Part shown: piece by piece, positions 1 to 8,760 of the stretch | How positions within the stretch are numbered: the stretch's first letter is position 1 | Layout of the letters: each line of letters begins with the position of its first letter | From: an uncultured Candidatus Saccharibacteria bacterium | Lineage (GTDB): Bacteria; Patescibacteriota; Saccharimonadia; Saccharimonadales; 2-12-FULL-41-12 | DNA: 34,023 bases | Assembly: GCA_964643605.1 (NCBI GenBank) | Contig: CAZXTF010000001.1 | Span: forward strand, 1-34,023 | Reading direction: 5' to 3' | The notes under the pieces: model-generated | What the model was told of the DNA's origin: nothing | The model's input: the letters and a program-made list of their open reading frames with translations, nothing else | Database searches by the model: none | Made by a program: the position numbers and the translations under genes

Positions 1-759
1 AAAAGCCACCACTCCCGAGATGATGTTGCCCTGCAGCCACCTCGAAAAATAAAAGCCCCACAAAAAGAAACTAAGCAACCCTTGTTTACCAGAAAAGACA
101 AGCCAAGCAAAGCAGAAAAATTACTGAATCGTATTACCCAGCCAGAGACTGAAGAGACGTATGCAGTTACAGAAACTGCAAGATTCTTGCAAGGCCGTAT
201 CGCAAAAACTCCTCACAAGCTCTTTGACCAAGACTACGATATGATACGTGAAACAATTGGCGAAGAGATGGTTATGAATGCAGTTGATGTAGCTATTGCT
301 CAATCTTTAGACAAGCGAGCCGAGAGAACTACCTACAACAGCCCTATTGAAAAAAATAAACTGCAAGAGTCTTATAGAGAATGGCTAGAGCTAGCCGTGC
401 AAATATCTTTCCGTGACGAAGACGGTTTTAGGCAGCAAGACTTCTACCAGATAGCCGAGAAGCAAATTGCACACCTTAATCAAGCTCTCCTACTCAATGC
501 CTCTTCTGATAAAGCTGTCGAGCAGATGGTTAAGTCGAATCTAGAAGACCTGAGATATGTATCAGCTTTTTACGCCAAACAAAGCACCAAGTTATCCCAC
601 GAACATCCAGAAGCCTACAAACCACTTATGAAGATACTCGTGGACAGCAGCAAGGACTTACCTACTCGCTGCAAATCAAAATCTCGTAACATATTTGCTC
701 GAAGAACGAGCCCTCCTGCCCGTAGAGGTATCCAGGTATTAGCTCACACTAGCTACTAA
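1..759 (+). CDS. hypothetical protein, 5' end outside window
   Basis: Frame 1 is open from nt 1, with no stop before the TTG at 82 used by the ORF track, so the gene probably starts upstream of the window. The product is a soluble Lys/Glu-rich protein with no motif I recognise. The TAA stop at 757-759 overlaps the stop of the converging M16 gene. Confidence 0.5.
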   Translation, partial: KSHHSRDDVALQPPRKIKAPQKETKQPLFTRKDKPSKAEKLLNRITQPETEETYAVTETARFLQGRIAKTPHKLFDQDYDMIRETIGEEMVMNAVDVAIAQSLDKRAERTTYNSPIEKNKLQESYREWLELAVQISFRDEDGFRQQDFYQIAEKQIAHLNQALLLNASSDKAVEQMVKSNLEDLRYVSAFYAKQSTKLSHEHPEAYKPLMKILVDSSKDLPTRCKSKSRNIFARRTSPPARRGIQVLAHTSY

Positions 760-2045
760 TTTTTAGGCCAAAGTTGGCCGAGTTGGGTATGCAAGTCTGC
801 GACCCCGTCTTTTTTGCCACCCAAGATTCCGAGGCCCCACAGCCCTTGGTCGAATAACAAGTTAGCACCCTCGACAATACTCTTTTTGGTTACTGCCTTG
901 ATACGGCCTGGGATAAGGTTGTAGTCCTCGATATGATCGTCATAAAAATAGCGACTCATGTAGCCATAGGCCAAACCACTAACTGTCTGAGCGCTGCGCT
1001 GAAAACGACCAATGCTGTACTGTTTGGCAGCGTCGATATCTTCTGCGGTAAGCTGACCGGCCAGAACTCTTTTGAGCTCGGTAATGATAATCTCGAACAA
1101 ATCGTGAGCGTTGTCTGGCCGAACTTGGGCGCCAAACCACCAATTGGTAAAGTCATTACCCCAACCCACACCAGAACTCATACCGTACACAAGGCCTCGC
1201 TCACGGGCAGTACCTAAAATGCGAGAGTACAGTGTGCCAGTAAGCGTTGTATCGACTAAGTTCAGGGCGTCACGAAGCTCCTCGCTAATCCTTTCGTTTC
1301 TGAAGGTATCGAAGTAAAAATAGTAGTTGCGGACGCTGTTGTTGGGTATGTACAGGGGCTGGACGAGGCTTGCGGGCTTATAGACGGGTGGCATTTTGCG
1401 CCCTCGGCCTTTTGGAAGATTCATGCTCTCTAGCACTGCTTTGAGGTGAATTTTTCGAGCTGGAGTAATTTTGCCCGCTACGATAAACCGCATGTTGCTG
1501 GTGGTGTGTGTAGTTTTGTAATGCTCTTGGGTGTCGGCTAGCGTAACATTTTTGAGTAGTTTTAGACGATTTTGATAGGTAGTAGCTCGAAAGCCATACG
1601 CCTCACGCAGTGCCAAATTGAGTCGCTGAAAATGATTGTTCGCCCGAGACGACAGCTCTTCTTTTACATTGCCCATCTCGGCTTTGAACTCTTCTTCTAA
1701 AAACAGTGGCTTGGTTATCGCAAGAATCATGCAATCTAAAATCCGCTGCCACTCGATATCGGCACATTCTGCCTCGTATGTTACGTCGTTTACACTTGTG
1801 CTGGCGTTGGAATAGGCACCATTTTTCTCGAACTCTTCCTGAAAATCTCGGGCTTTAGGAAATTCTTTGTTTGCTCCAAGCAACAAGTGCTCCATAACGT
1901 GTGGAGTTTCCCACTTTTTATCTGGTACCAAAAATTCGCCAGCTCGAAAGCTGATCTGAAAGCTCATCACACTGGCGTCGGGTACATCGATAAGAAGCCC
2001 CCTTGCACCATTATCTAGAACAAGCTCCTTAACCGTATGTCTCAT
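756..2045 (-). CDS. M16-family zinc metallopeptidase (pitrilysin/insulinase-like)
   Basis: An inverted-zincin HxxEH motif 'HVMEH' lies about 50 aa from the N-terminus. The 429-aa two-lobe size is typical of M16 proteins. The start overlaps the secA stop by 1 nt (TAATG). Confidence 0.8.
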   Translation of the reverse strand: MRHTVKELVLDNGARGLLIDVPDASVMSFQISFRAGEFLVPDKKWETPHVMEHLLLGANKEFPKARDFQEEFEKNGAYSNASTSVNDVTYEAECADIEWQRILDCMILAITKPLFLEEEFKAEMGNVKEELSSRANNHFQRLNLALREAYGFRATTYQNRLKLLKNVTLADTQEHYKTTHTTSNMRFIVAGKITPARKIHLKAVLESMNLPKGRGRKMPPVYKPASLVQPLYIPNNSVRNYYFYFDTFRNERISEELRDALNLVDTTLTGTLYSRILGTARERGLVYGMSSGVGWGNDFTNWWFGAQVRPDNAHDLFEIIITELKRVLAGQLTAEDIDAAKQYSIGRFQRSAQTVSGLAYGYMSRYFYDDHIEDYNLIPGRIKAVTKKSIVEGANLLFDQGLWGLGILGGKKDGVADLHTQLGQLWPKN

Positions 2046-4654
2046 TATTTCTTACGTCTTTTTTTGGCTTTTTTCTTATTTTGACGTTCAGCTTTTCGGG
2101 CTTTTTTGATCTTTTTCTTCTTTTGAGCAACTTGAGCCTGCTCCTGACTTGAAGTAACGAAATCAGTTTCTTCGAACTCTTCGAGATCGATAATTTTATC
2201 GGCATTGTCTACCGAGCTACGGGCAGCTCGAGTTAGCTCGGTCTCGACTGGGCTGTCAAGTTCGGCCTGAGTTACAGGACGAGCGTGGAATAATGCCTGC
2301 ACTACGTCGTGTCGTAGGTTGAGCTGCATTTCTTCGAATATCCGCTGCGACTGGGTGCGATATTCTACCAGCGGGTCTCGCTGCCCTACTCCCATCCAAT
2401 GGATACCTTCTCGCAAGTGGTCCATGTTCTCGAGGTGCTGCATCCAGTAGTTATCGAGTGTTTGCAGATATACATCTCGCTCGACTCTGCGCAAAATTTC
2501 TTCGCCAAATCGGTCTTCTTGCGTTTTGTACAGCTTGTCGATAGATTTGATTAGCTCAGCCCCGAACTGGTCTGCTGGCAGATCAAATAGTCGATCGATT
2601 GTTTTATCACTAAGTGGAAAATGGCGCTTTAGGATATCTTCAAACTCTGGCGTCAAGCTGGAAGGCGAATTGACCATATCGTGGACCTGGCTATGAACAA
2701 ACTCTTTCACACGCTTGCTGATATCTGCCTGGTGCAAGATTTCTTTACGCATACTATAGGTCGCTCGACGATGGCGATTCATCACGTCGTCGTATTGCAC
2801 AACATTTTTACGTGTGTCGAAGTTGAAGCCTTCGACCTTCTTTTGTGCGCCCTCTAGGCTTTTGCTAATAACACGGTTTTGGATTGGCGTGTCTTCGTCG
2901 ACCTTGAGCCGATCCATAACTCGGATAATCCTTTCGCCGCCGAAGATCCGCATCAGGTCATCTTCGCAAGAAACAAAGAATTGAGTAGTACCAGGGTCGC
3001 CCTGACGACCAGACCGTCCTCGTAACTGATTGTCGATTCGTCGTGATTCGTGTCGTTCGCTACCAAGCACAAACAAACCGCCAGCTTTTTTAGCATCTTT
3101 GTCGAGCACAATGTCAGTACCTCGACCGGCAATGTTGGTTGCTACAGTAACAGCACCCTTTTGCCCTGCTTTGGAAATAATTGCCGCTTCTTTCTCATTG
3201 TTTTTAGCGTTTAATACCTGGTGTGGAATACCTTCTTTTTTGAGAAGTTTTGTAAGAAGTTCGTTCTTGCCGATAGATGCCGTACCAATAAGTACTGGCT
3301 GACCTTTCTTATGGAGTTTCTTGACTTCTTTGATGACTGCTCTAAATTTAGCACCCTCACTTTTGTAGATTCGGTCTGGTAAATCATCACGAACGAGTTT
3401 TTTGTTTGATGGAATTTCTAAAACATCAAGTTTGTAAATCTGGTGAAATTCCTCGGCCTCCGTAGCTGCCGTACCGGTCATACCCGAAAGTTTGTCATAT
3501 AAACGGAAGTAGTTCTGAAAACTGATGGTTGCCAGTGTTTGTGATTCTTCCTGAATTTCTACACCTTCTTTGGCTTCAATTGCCTGGTGTAAGCCCTCGT
3601 TGTAACGACGGCCTTTGAGCAAACGGCCAGTGTGCTCGTCGACAATAACTACTTCACCATCTTTGGTAACAACGTAATCCTTGTCTCGGTGAAAAAGCCC
3701 TTGCGCCCGCAATGCTTGCTCTAGGTGATAAATTGTTCGGATGTTAGACGTAGCGTATAGGTTGTCGATACCTAAAATCTTCTCAACCTTGTCGATACCC
3801 TCTTCTTTTATAGCAACCTGTTTTCGCTTTTCGTCGACTTCGTAGTGTTCATCACGTTTTAGATTACGAACTACTTTCGAGAATTGCTCATAATGTTCGC
3901 TGCTGGCTGTGGATGGCGCCGAGATAATAAGTGGCGTTCGAGCTTCGTCGATTAAGATAGAGTCTACCTCGTCCACGATAGCGAAGTTTAACTCTCGTTG
4001 GCGCAGCTGGTCGACCTCTCGAACCATATTGTCACGCAAGTAGTCAAAACCAAACTCATTGTTGGTACCATATGTAATATCTGCACCGTAAGCTTCTTGA
4101 CGAGTACATGGGCGAAGGTGCTTCATGCGTGGATCATCGTGGTCTTTATTTGTAAAATCTGGGTCGTACAAATATGACTGGTCTGGAATTATTATTCCTG
4201 TAGAGAGCCCAAGAAAATGGTACACTTCGGCCATCCAGCCAGCATCACGCTGAGCCAAATAATCATTCACGGTAACTACATGCACACCCTTGCCGGTCAG
4301 ACCATTAAGATAAACTGGTGCTGTTGCTACTAGAGTTTTACCTTCACCTGTTTTCATTTCGGCAATACTACCCATGTGTAACGCCATGCCACCGACCATC
4401 TGTACGTCAAAATGTCGCATACCCAGTTTTCGCCTGGAAGCTTCTCGGACTACCGCAAATGCATCGGGCAAAATCTTATCAAGCGACTCTTTCTCGAGAC
4501 GCTTCTTGAGTTTGTCTGTTTGTTCTGCCAGAACTTTGTCTGACATTTTTTTGTATGTAGATTCGAGGTTGTTAATACTTGCTACACGTTTTTGCAGCTT
4601 CTTTACCGTCCGCATTTGCGGATCACCAAGCACACGTTTCAGAACTTTTTTCAT
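2045..4654 (-). CDS. secA: preprotein translocase ATPase SecA
   Basis: 869 aa. Walker A 'MKTGEGKT', DEAD-like 'DEVDSILIDEARTPLIIS', 'AGRGTDI' and 'RGRSGRQGDPG' are all present. The C-terminus is a polybasic tail with no Cys. Confidence 0.97.
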   Translation of the reverse strand: MKKVLKRVLGDPQMRTVKKLQKRVASINNLESTYKKMSDKVLAEQTDKLKKRLEKESLDKILPDAFAVVREASRRKLGMRHFDVQMVGGMALHMGSIAEMKTGEGKTLVATAPVYLNGLTGKGVHVVTVNDYLAQRDAGWMAEVYHFLGLSTGIIIPDQSYLYDPDFTNKDHDDPRMKHLRPCTRQEAYGADITYGTNNEFGFDYLRDNMVREVDQLRQRELNFAIVDEVDSILIDEARTPLIISAPSTASSEHYEQFSKVVRNLKRDEHYEVDEKRKQVAIKEEGIDKVEKILGIDNLYATSNIRTIYHLEQALRAQGLFHRDKDYVVTKDGEVVIVDEHTGRLLKGRRYNEGLHQAIEAKEGVEIQEESQTLATISFQNYFRLYDKLSGMTGTAATEAEEFHQIYKLDVLEIPSNKKLVRDDLPDRIYKSEGAKFRAVIKEVKKLHKKGQPVLIGTASIGKNELLTKLLKKEGIPHQVLNAKNNEKEAAIISKAGQKGAVTVATNIAGRGTDIVLDKDAKKAGGLFVLGSERHESRRIDNQLRGRSGRQGDPGTTQFFVSCEDDLMRIFGGERIIRVMDRLKVDEDTPIQNRVISKSLEGAQKKVEGFNFDTRKNVVQYDDVMNRHRRATYSMRKEILHQADISKRVKEFVHSQVHDMVNSPSSLTPEFEDILKRHFPLSDKTIDRLFDLPADQFGAELIKSIDKLYKTQEDRFGEEILRRVERDVYLQTLDNYWMQHLENMDHLREGIHWMGVGQRDPLVEYRTQSQRIFEEMQLNLRHDVVQALFHARPVTQAELDSPVETELTRAARSSVDNADKIIDLEEFEETDFVTSSQEQAQVAQKKKKIKKARKAERQNKKKAKKRRKK

Positions 4655-4689
4655 AAATAAATAGATATCCCCGAGTTAAAACTTTACAT

Positions 4690-4718
4690 ATTATAGCGCA
4701 AGCTGGCTTTCTTTGTAA
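4690..4718 (-). promoter_or_regulatory. sigma70-type promoter for secA (TTACAA-17 nt-TATAAT)
   Basis: On the minus strand the -35 TTACAA lies at 4718..4713 and the -10 TATAAT at 4695..4690, with a 17-nt spacer. It sits in the 70-nt hpf-secA spacer, about 35 nt before the secA ATG. Confidence 0.5.
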
Positions 4719-4724
4719 GCTGTT

Positions 4725-5081
4725 TTAGCGACGCTTCATAAACGACAAGACTTTGTGATGAAATTGAGGCCCACCATGTGTCTCTTTATATTTTTTGAGC
4801 TGAATCTTCAACTTTGCCTCTGCTTCATCAATTGCTGCCTCGACACTTTCACCACGAGCATTTGTTGTTACCTGCGTTTGTGGCAAGTGCATGATTACCT
4901 CGCACGTATGGTTTACTTTATTTTTTGCCTTTGATTCTTTTAGCTTAACTTCTGTGTGCAGACTCTCCCTTGCACTCTTAGAAACATACCTGTCGAGTTC
5001 ACCAATTTTTGTTTCAACATATTTTTTCTTTTTTGGGGTTAGTTTGCTGTGGATGGCGCTTATTTCAAGTCTTTGGATCAT
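4725..5081 (-). CDS. hpf: ribosome hibernation-promoting factor, short HPF/RaiA (S30EA) family
   Basis: 118 aa. The layout is 'LEISAIHSKLTPKKKKYVETKIGELDRYV...EVKL...CEVIMHLP...ARGESVEAAIDEAEAKLKIQLKKYKE', which matches the HPF/YfiA pattern. It lies immediately upstream of secA, as in Firmicutes. Its start overlaps the serS stop (TAATG). Confidence 0.8.
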   Translation of the reverse strand: MIQRLEISAIHSKLTPKKKKYVETKIGELDRYVSKSARESLHTEVKLKESKAKNKVNHTCEVIMHLPQTQVTTNARGESVEAAIDEAEAKLKIQLKKYKETHGGPQFHHKVLSFMKRR

Positions 5082-6322
5082 TATATCTTCTCCTTATTTA
5101 TATACGATTGTAATGCCCTTGGAATATGCACATCACCAGACGAATCTTGATGGTTCTCAATTAAAGCAATTGCGATGCGGCTAAATGCCATGGCCGTACC
5201 GTTAAGCGTATGAACAAGCTCTGGCTTGCCCTCTTCGTTGCGATAGCGAATCTTCAAACGCCGAGCTTGATAGTCAGTTACGTTTGAACAGCTCATAAGT
5301 TCTCGATATATTCCCTCGACTGGACTCCAGTATTCTATGTCGAACTTCTTGTAGGCTGGTGCGCCCAAGTCACCTGCAGCAATGCGGACTAACTGATACG
5401 GGATCTCGAGAGCTTCGCATAATTCTTCTTCGATCTTCAGCAGCATTTCGTGCCATTTTGGACTTTCCTCAGGTTTGCAGAATACGTACATTTCAACTTT
5501 GTTAAATTGATGTACTCGATACAGCCCCTTGCTATGCTTGCCATATGCACCCGCTTCTTTGCGATATGCCGGACTCAAGCCGACATACAACAGCGGCAAG
5601 TCTTTTGTCTCTAAGATCTCTCCTGCATGATAGCCCGTAATTGGAATTTCGGCAGTAGCAATTAAGCTCAGGTCTTCTCCTTCAACAGTATAGATTTGGT
5701 CTTCCTCACCCTTTGGTGAAAATCCAGTTCCATTGGCTGTCTTCTCGTTTACCAGATGCGGAACAGTAATCGGCGTAAAGCCATGTTTCGTAGCAATACG
5801 TATTGCCAAGTTAATACAAGCTAGCTCTAGCTCAACCAGCGGACCTTTGGTGTAATAAAATTTTGCGCCAGCTACTTTTGCGCCCCGCCCAAAATCTAGG
5901 TAGCCCTTTTCTTCTCCCCACGTTAGATGATCTTTTACGTCTTTTTTTTCTGCAGTGCCAACCTGCTTGACTGGCGTATTATTCTCCTCGCCACCAAGTG
6001 GTGTATCGTCAGGAAAAATGTTTGGAACTTTCTCGAGTTCTTGCTGATAGCTCGTAATTACTTCCTGCAAGGCCGCCTCGACGGTTTCGAGATCTTCACG
6101 AAGTTTGCGCCCTTTTTCTATAGCTTCTTCAGATGGCTTTTGCCCTTTGTTTTGAACAGTGAGTTCGTTTCTTTTCAAACGAAGTTCGTCTGCCTGCTGG
6201 AGCAGGCTCCTTCTTGACTCGTCTTGCTCTAAAAGTTTTCTGACATCAACAACAACGCCCTTCTGCTTGGCTTTTTCTTCAACAAGCTCTGAGTTCTCAC
6301 GGATAAACTGAATATCAATCAT
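5081..6322 (-). CDS. serS: seryl-tRNA synthetase
   Basis: 413 aa. It has the N-terminal coiled-coil tRNA arm and class-II motifs ('YRKEAGAYGKHSKGLYRVHQFNKVEMY', 'LNGTAMAFSRIAIALIEN'). Confidence 0.95.
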   Translation of the reverse strand: MIDIQFIRENSELVEEKAKQKGVVVDVRKLLEQDESRRSLLQQADELRLKRNELTVQNKGQKPSEEAIEKGRKLREDLETVEAALQEVITSYQQELEKVPNIFPDDTPLGGEENNTPVKQVGTAEKKDVKDHLTWGEEKGYLDFGRGAKVAGAKFYYTKGPLVELELACINLAIRIATKHGFTPITVPHLVNEKTANGTGFSPKGEEDQIYTVEGEDLSLIATAEIPITGYHAGEILETKDLPLLYVGLSPAYRKEAGAYGKHSKGLYRVHQFNKVEMYVFCKPEESPKWHEMLLKIEEELCEALEIPYQLVRIAAGDLGAPAYKKFDIEYWSPVEGIYRELMSCSNVTDYQARRLKIRYRNEEGKPELVHTLNGTAMAFSRIAIALIENHQDSSGDVHIPRALQSYINKEKI

Positions 6323-6330
6323 ACCTTTTA

Positions 6331-7110
6331 TTATACCTTTTTATGTAGGTGTTTTAATGTTAATTCGGTGCGAGATTTTGCATACATACAAAAGTCGCAT
6401 GGGCCCCCCATGGCTGCGGTACCGACTTCTGGCATATCTCCGTCCATACATTCCTTCATTTTGATCACCGCTTTTTCTACCCAAGAGTCGTCTCCATCGT
6501 ACGGGATAACTTTGGTTCTAAATTCTAAGTGATCGCCAAAACCTTCGACATCCATCCGAGCATTGGTGTACACAAAATAGCCCCGCTTGCTAACTTCAAA
6601 GCCCTTTTGCCGCAGTAGCCACTGGTAAATTTCCATTTGGCGTTTGTACATAATCTGCCAATCGGCATCTAGAGTTATCTCGGCATTTTTAGAAGTGGCC
6701 TTGTAGTCAACTACGATCAGCTTGTCGTCTTTGCCCTTCCACACATCATCGACTGCGCCAAAAAGATGTAAATTGGTAGGCTTGTGCTCAATCGCTACCC
6801 CACTAAAGTTGTGCCGCCAGACATCAAGATCTTCGTGCTCAAACGGAATGGCCTGGATTTTATTCTCGGCCATAATGGGGTGTGGTTTTTTTTGCGCTCG
6901 ATAACTGTCGAATTCTTTCTTGAAAAGTTCGTCGATAGTTTTGTTGATCTGAAATGGCGGACCACTGGGGCGAGTAATCTTTAGCCGAGCATCGAGCCAA
7001 AAGCAACGAGGACACTGCATAAACAGCTCGATCTTGCTACGAGACAATTTATAGATATCTTTTTGACCTGGTTGATACGGCGGATTGCGCCTGCCCCATT
7101 GAGAACTCAT
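6331..7110 (-). CDS. PD-(D/E)XK (RecB/Cas4-like) nuclease with split four-Cys cluster
   Basis: The nuclease core reads 'GAVDDV...LIVVDYKATSK' (D...D/E-x-K) followed by 'QMEIYQWLL' (a RecB-type Q..Y motif). There is an N-terminal 'CPRC' and a C-terminal 'CDFC'. Confidence 0.6.
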   Translation of the reverse strand: MSSQWGRRNPPYQPGQKDIYKLSRSKIELFMQCPRCFWLDARLKITRPSGPPFQINKTIDELFKKEFDSYRAQKKPHPIMAENKIQAIPFEHEDLDVWRHNFSGVAIEHKPTNLHLFGAVDDVWKGKDDKLIVVDYKATSKNAEITLDADWQIMYKRQMEIYQWLLRQKGFEVSKRGYFVYTNARMDVEGFGDHLEFRTKVIPYDGDDSWVEKAVIKMKECMDGDMPEVGTAAMGGPCDFCMYAKSRTELTLKHLHKKV

Positions 7111-7115
7111 TAGTA

Positions 7116-7967
7116 CTATTGTACCAGCTCAGCCTTAGGATACGAGCCCAGCACCTGCAGATCAGCTGATCTACGTCCCATTTCTTCAACAGCCTGTGCC
7201 ACTGGATCTTCCTGTATGTGCCCTTCTATCTCTATATACATCGAGTGGCCACCCTCTCTAATTTCACGAGAGTGGATCTCATTCATAGATATATCTCGAT
7301 CAGCAAGTGGGCCAAGCATAGAGCGAAGCCCACCAGGCTTATCTTCTGGCTGACAGAGAATTGATGTTTTGTCGTTGCCAGTAGGCTGAGTCTCGTGCCG
7401 TGACAGAACGATGAATCGTGTGTGATTGTCTTCATGATCGTGCATATTATCAAGTACAACTCTCAGTGGAGTTGACTTTGCTACTTTGCGTGATGCAAGT
7501 ATTGCAGCGTCGGTACGTCTCAAAACCTTATCAATTGCTGCTGTGTTGCTCGATGCAAGAGTGAGATCTGCATCTGGCAGGTTATCTCCTATGGTCTGTC
7601 GGCACTGCGCGATTGTCTGATCATGACCGTACACCGTCTTGATATCTTCAATCAGCACTCCCTTTGGAGCTAACAGTGTATGTTTAATGGCCAATAGTTC
7701 TTCGCCAACGATACTAAGCTCAGTCTCTGTAAGTGCTAATTCTGCTGGCCTTACCAAACCTCGGGTTGTAGAGTTCTTAAGAGGTATCACTGCATAGTCG
7801 GCGCCTCTATTCTCTACCAGCCCCAACGCTGCCGAGATACTTTGCACTGGATTAAGTTCAACATGTGTTCCAAATCGCTGGTATACTGCCTCTTCCGAAT
7901 ACGTGCCTCTTGGTCCCAAGTAGCTTACTGCCGGTCCTCCTGGATTGATTTCTGGTGATTTATACAT
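7116..7967 (-). CDS. pheA: prephenate dehydratase (PDT + ACT domains)
   Basis: 'YLGPRGTYSEEA' at the N-terminus, 'ADYAVIPLKNS', the 'NHTRFIVLS' TRF motif, an ACT region 'DKTSILCQPEDKPGGLRSMLGPLADRDISMNEIHSRE' and a C-terminal 'LGSYP'. A GAGAGGAAAG Shine-Dalgarno lies upstream. Confidence 0.8.
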   Translation of the reverse strand: MYKSPEINPGGPAVSYLGPRGTYSEEAVYQRFGTHVELNPVQSISAALGLVENRGADYAVIPLKNSTTRGLVRPAELALTETELSIVGEELLAIKHTLLAPKGVLIEDIKTVYGHDQTIAQCRQTIGDNLPDADLTLASSNTAAIDKVLRRTDAAILASRKVAKSTPLRVVLDNMHDHEDNHTRFIVLSRHETQPTGNDKTSILCQPEDKPGGLRSMLGPLADRDISMNEIHSREIREGGHSMYIEIEGHIQEDPVAQAVEEMGRRSADLQVLGSYPKAELVQ

Positions 7968-8002
7968 AACTCTTTCCTCTCTAGTTTACTTTTCTTTAGA
8001 TT

Positions 8003-8026
8003 TAAAAAACCGCCTTTTTGGCGGTC
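8003..8026 (-). terminator. rho-independent terminator ending the long minus-strand gene array
   Basis: The minus strand reads GACCGCC-AAAAA-GGCGGT followed by TTTTTT. This gives a 6-bp GC-rich stem (8009-8014/8020-8025) and a T-tract (8003-8008), about 100 nt after the stop at 8128. Confidence 0.65.
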
Positions 8027-8127
8027 AGTCTTCTTTGATTAATTTTACGAATATGAATAATGGCCGCCTTATTTAAAGTCGGTAAAGAAAAATCCTTTGC
8101 TACTCGTATACTTTTTCATGAAGGCTA

Positions 8128-8724
8128 CTATAACACAGAGGAAGAATTATTACAATTCGCTGGTTCTAAGCCTATTGTCTGGCCCATAACCCCTGCGACT
8201 CGATCAAGCCTGGCTAACGTTCGCTCATCCTTGAAAAAATCAATATTACCGGCGTCCAGCAATGCAACACTGCAATGAGGAGTATAGCCAGACATATTGG
8301 GTCGCAACGGATAACCTTGATCCCTATACATCTGCATAATAGTCTGGTGCTCGTCGTGTAAATACTGACTCTCGAGCTCAAACGCTAGTTTTATTTTCTG
8401 CCGACCGCCATATACTCCTAGCTTGCCGAGCATAACCTCTACGCTGGCAGCCCCTTCTCTATTCTGCTTTAATACATTTTTGGTCGTGGGGCCCTTATGT
8501 ATAGCTTCGGGGGTAAGTTGAGAGAAGCCGATTACCGTAACCCCGATTGTTTCTGGAGTAAAAAGTCTTCCTGCTCCTAAAATCTCTGGTTCGAGTTTTT
8601 CGTTAACTTCAGCAAATAGCTCATGAGATGATGGCGCAACACGCCGTCTTATAGCCTGCACACCTCGTGATTGTGCAATTTCTCCCACCCGTCTTTTTGG
8701 TTTTTGGGGCCTCCGGGTTGCCAT
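8128..8724 (-). CDS. hypothetical protein with basic N-terminus (possibly a degenerate 2H-phosphoesterase-like fold)
   Basis: 198 aa with the N-terminus 'MATRRPQKPKRRVGE..RRR'. 'GYTPHCSVALL' resembles the second H-x-S/T-x motif of LigT-type 2H enzymes, but the expected first motif reads 'IGVTVIGF' and has no His. The family call is weak. Confidence 0.35.
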   Translation of the reverse strand: MATRRPQKPKRRVGEIAQSRGVQAIRRRVAPSSHELFAEVNEKLEPEILGAGRLFTPETIGVTVIGFSQLTPEAIHKGPTTKNVLKQNREGAASVEVMLGKLGVYGGRQKIKLAFELESQYLHDEHQTIMQMYRDQGYPLRPNMSGYTPHCSVALLDAGNIDFFKDERTLARLDRVAGVMGQTIGLEPANCNNSSSVL

Positions 8725-8760
8725 AACTATGCTTAGCGTACCATCTTTTATATAAAAGCG

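Noticed and set aside
766-779. GGCCA-AAGT-TGGCC as a possible bidirectional terminator for the first convergent pair.
   Set aside because: It lies inside the last codons of the M16 gene, has only a 5-bp stem, and has no flanking T-tract on either strand.
8060-8278. A 72-aa plus-strand ORF next to the terminator region.
   Set aside because: It overlaps the 3' end of the 8128-8724 gene, has no start signals or motif, and the region is better explained as the terminator plus 3' UTR of the minus-strand operon.
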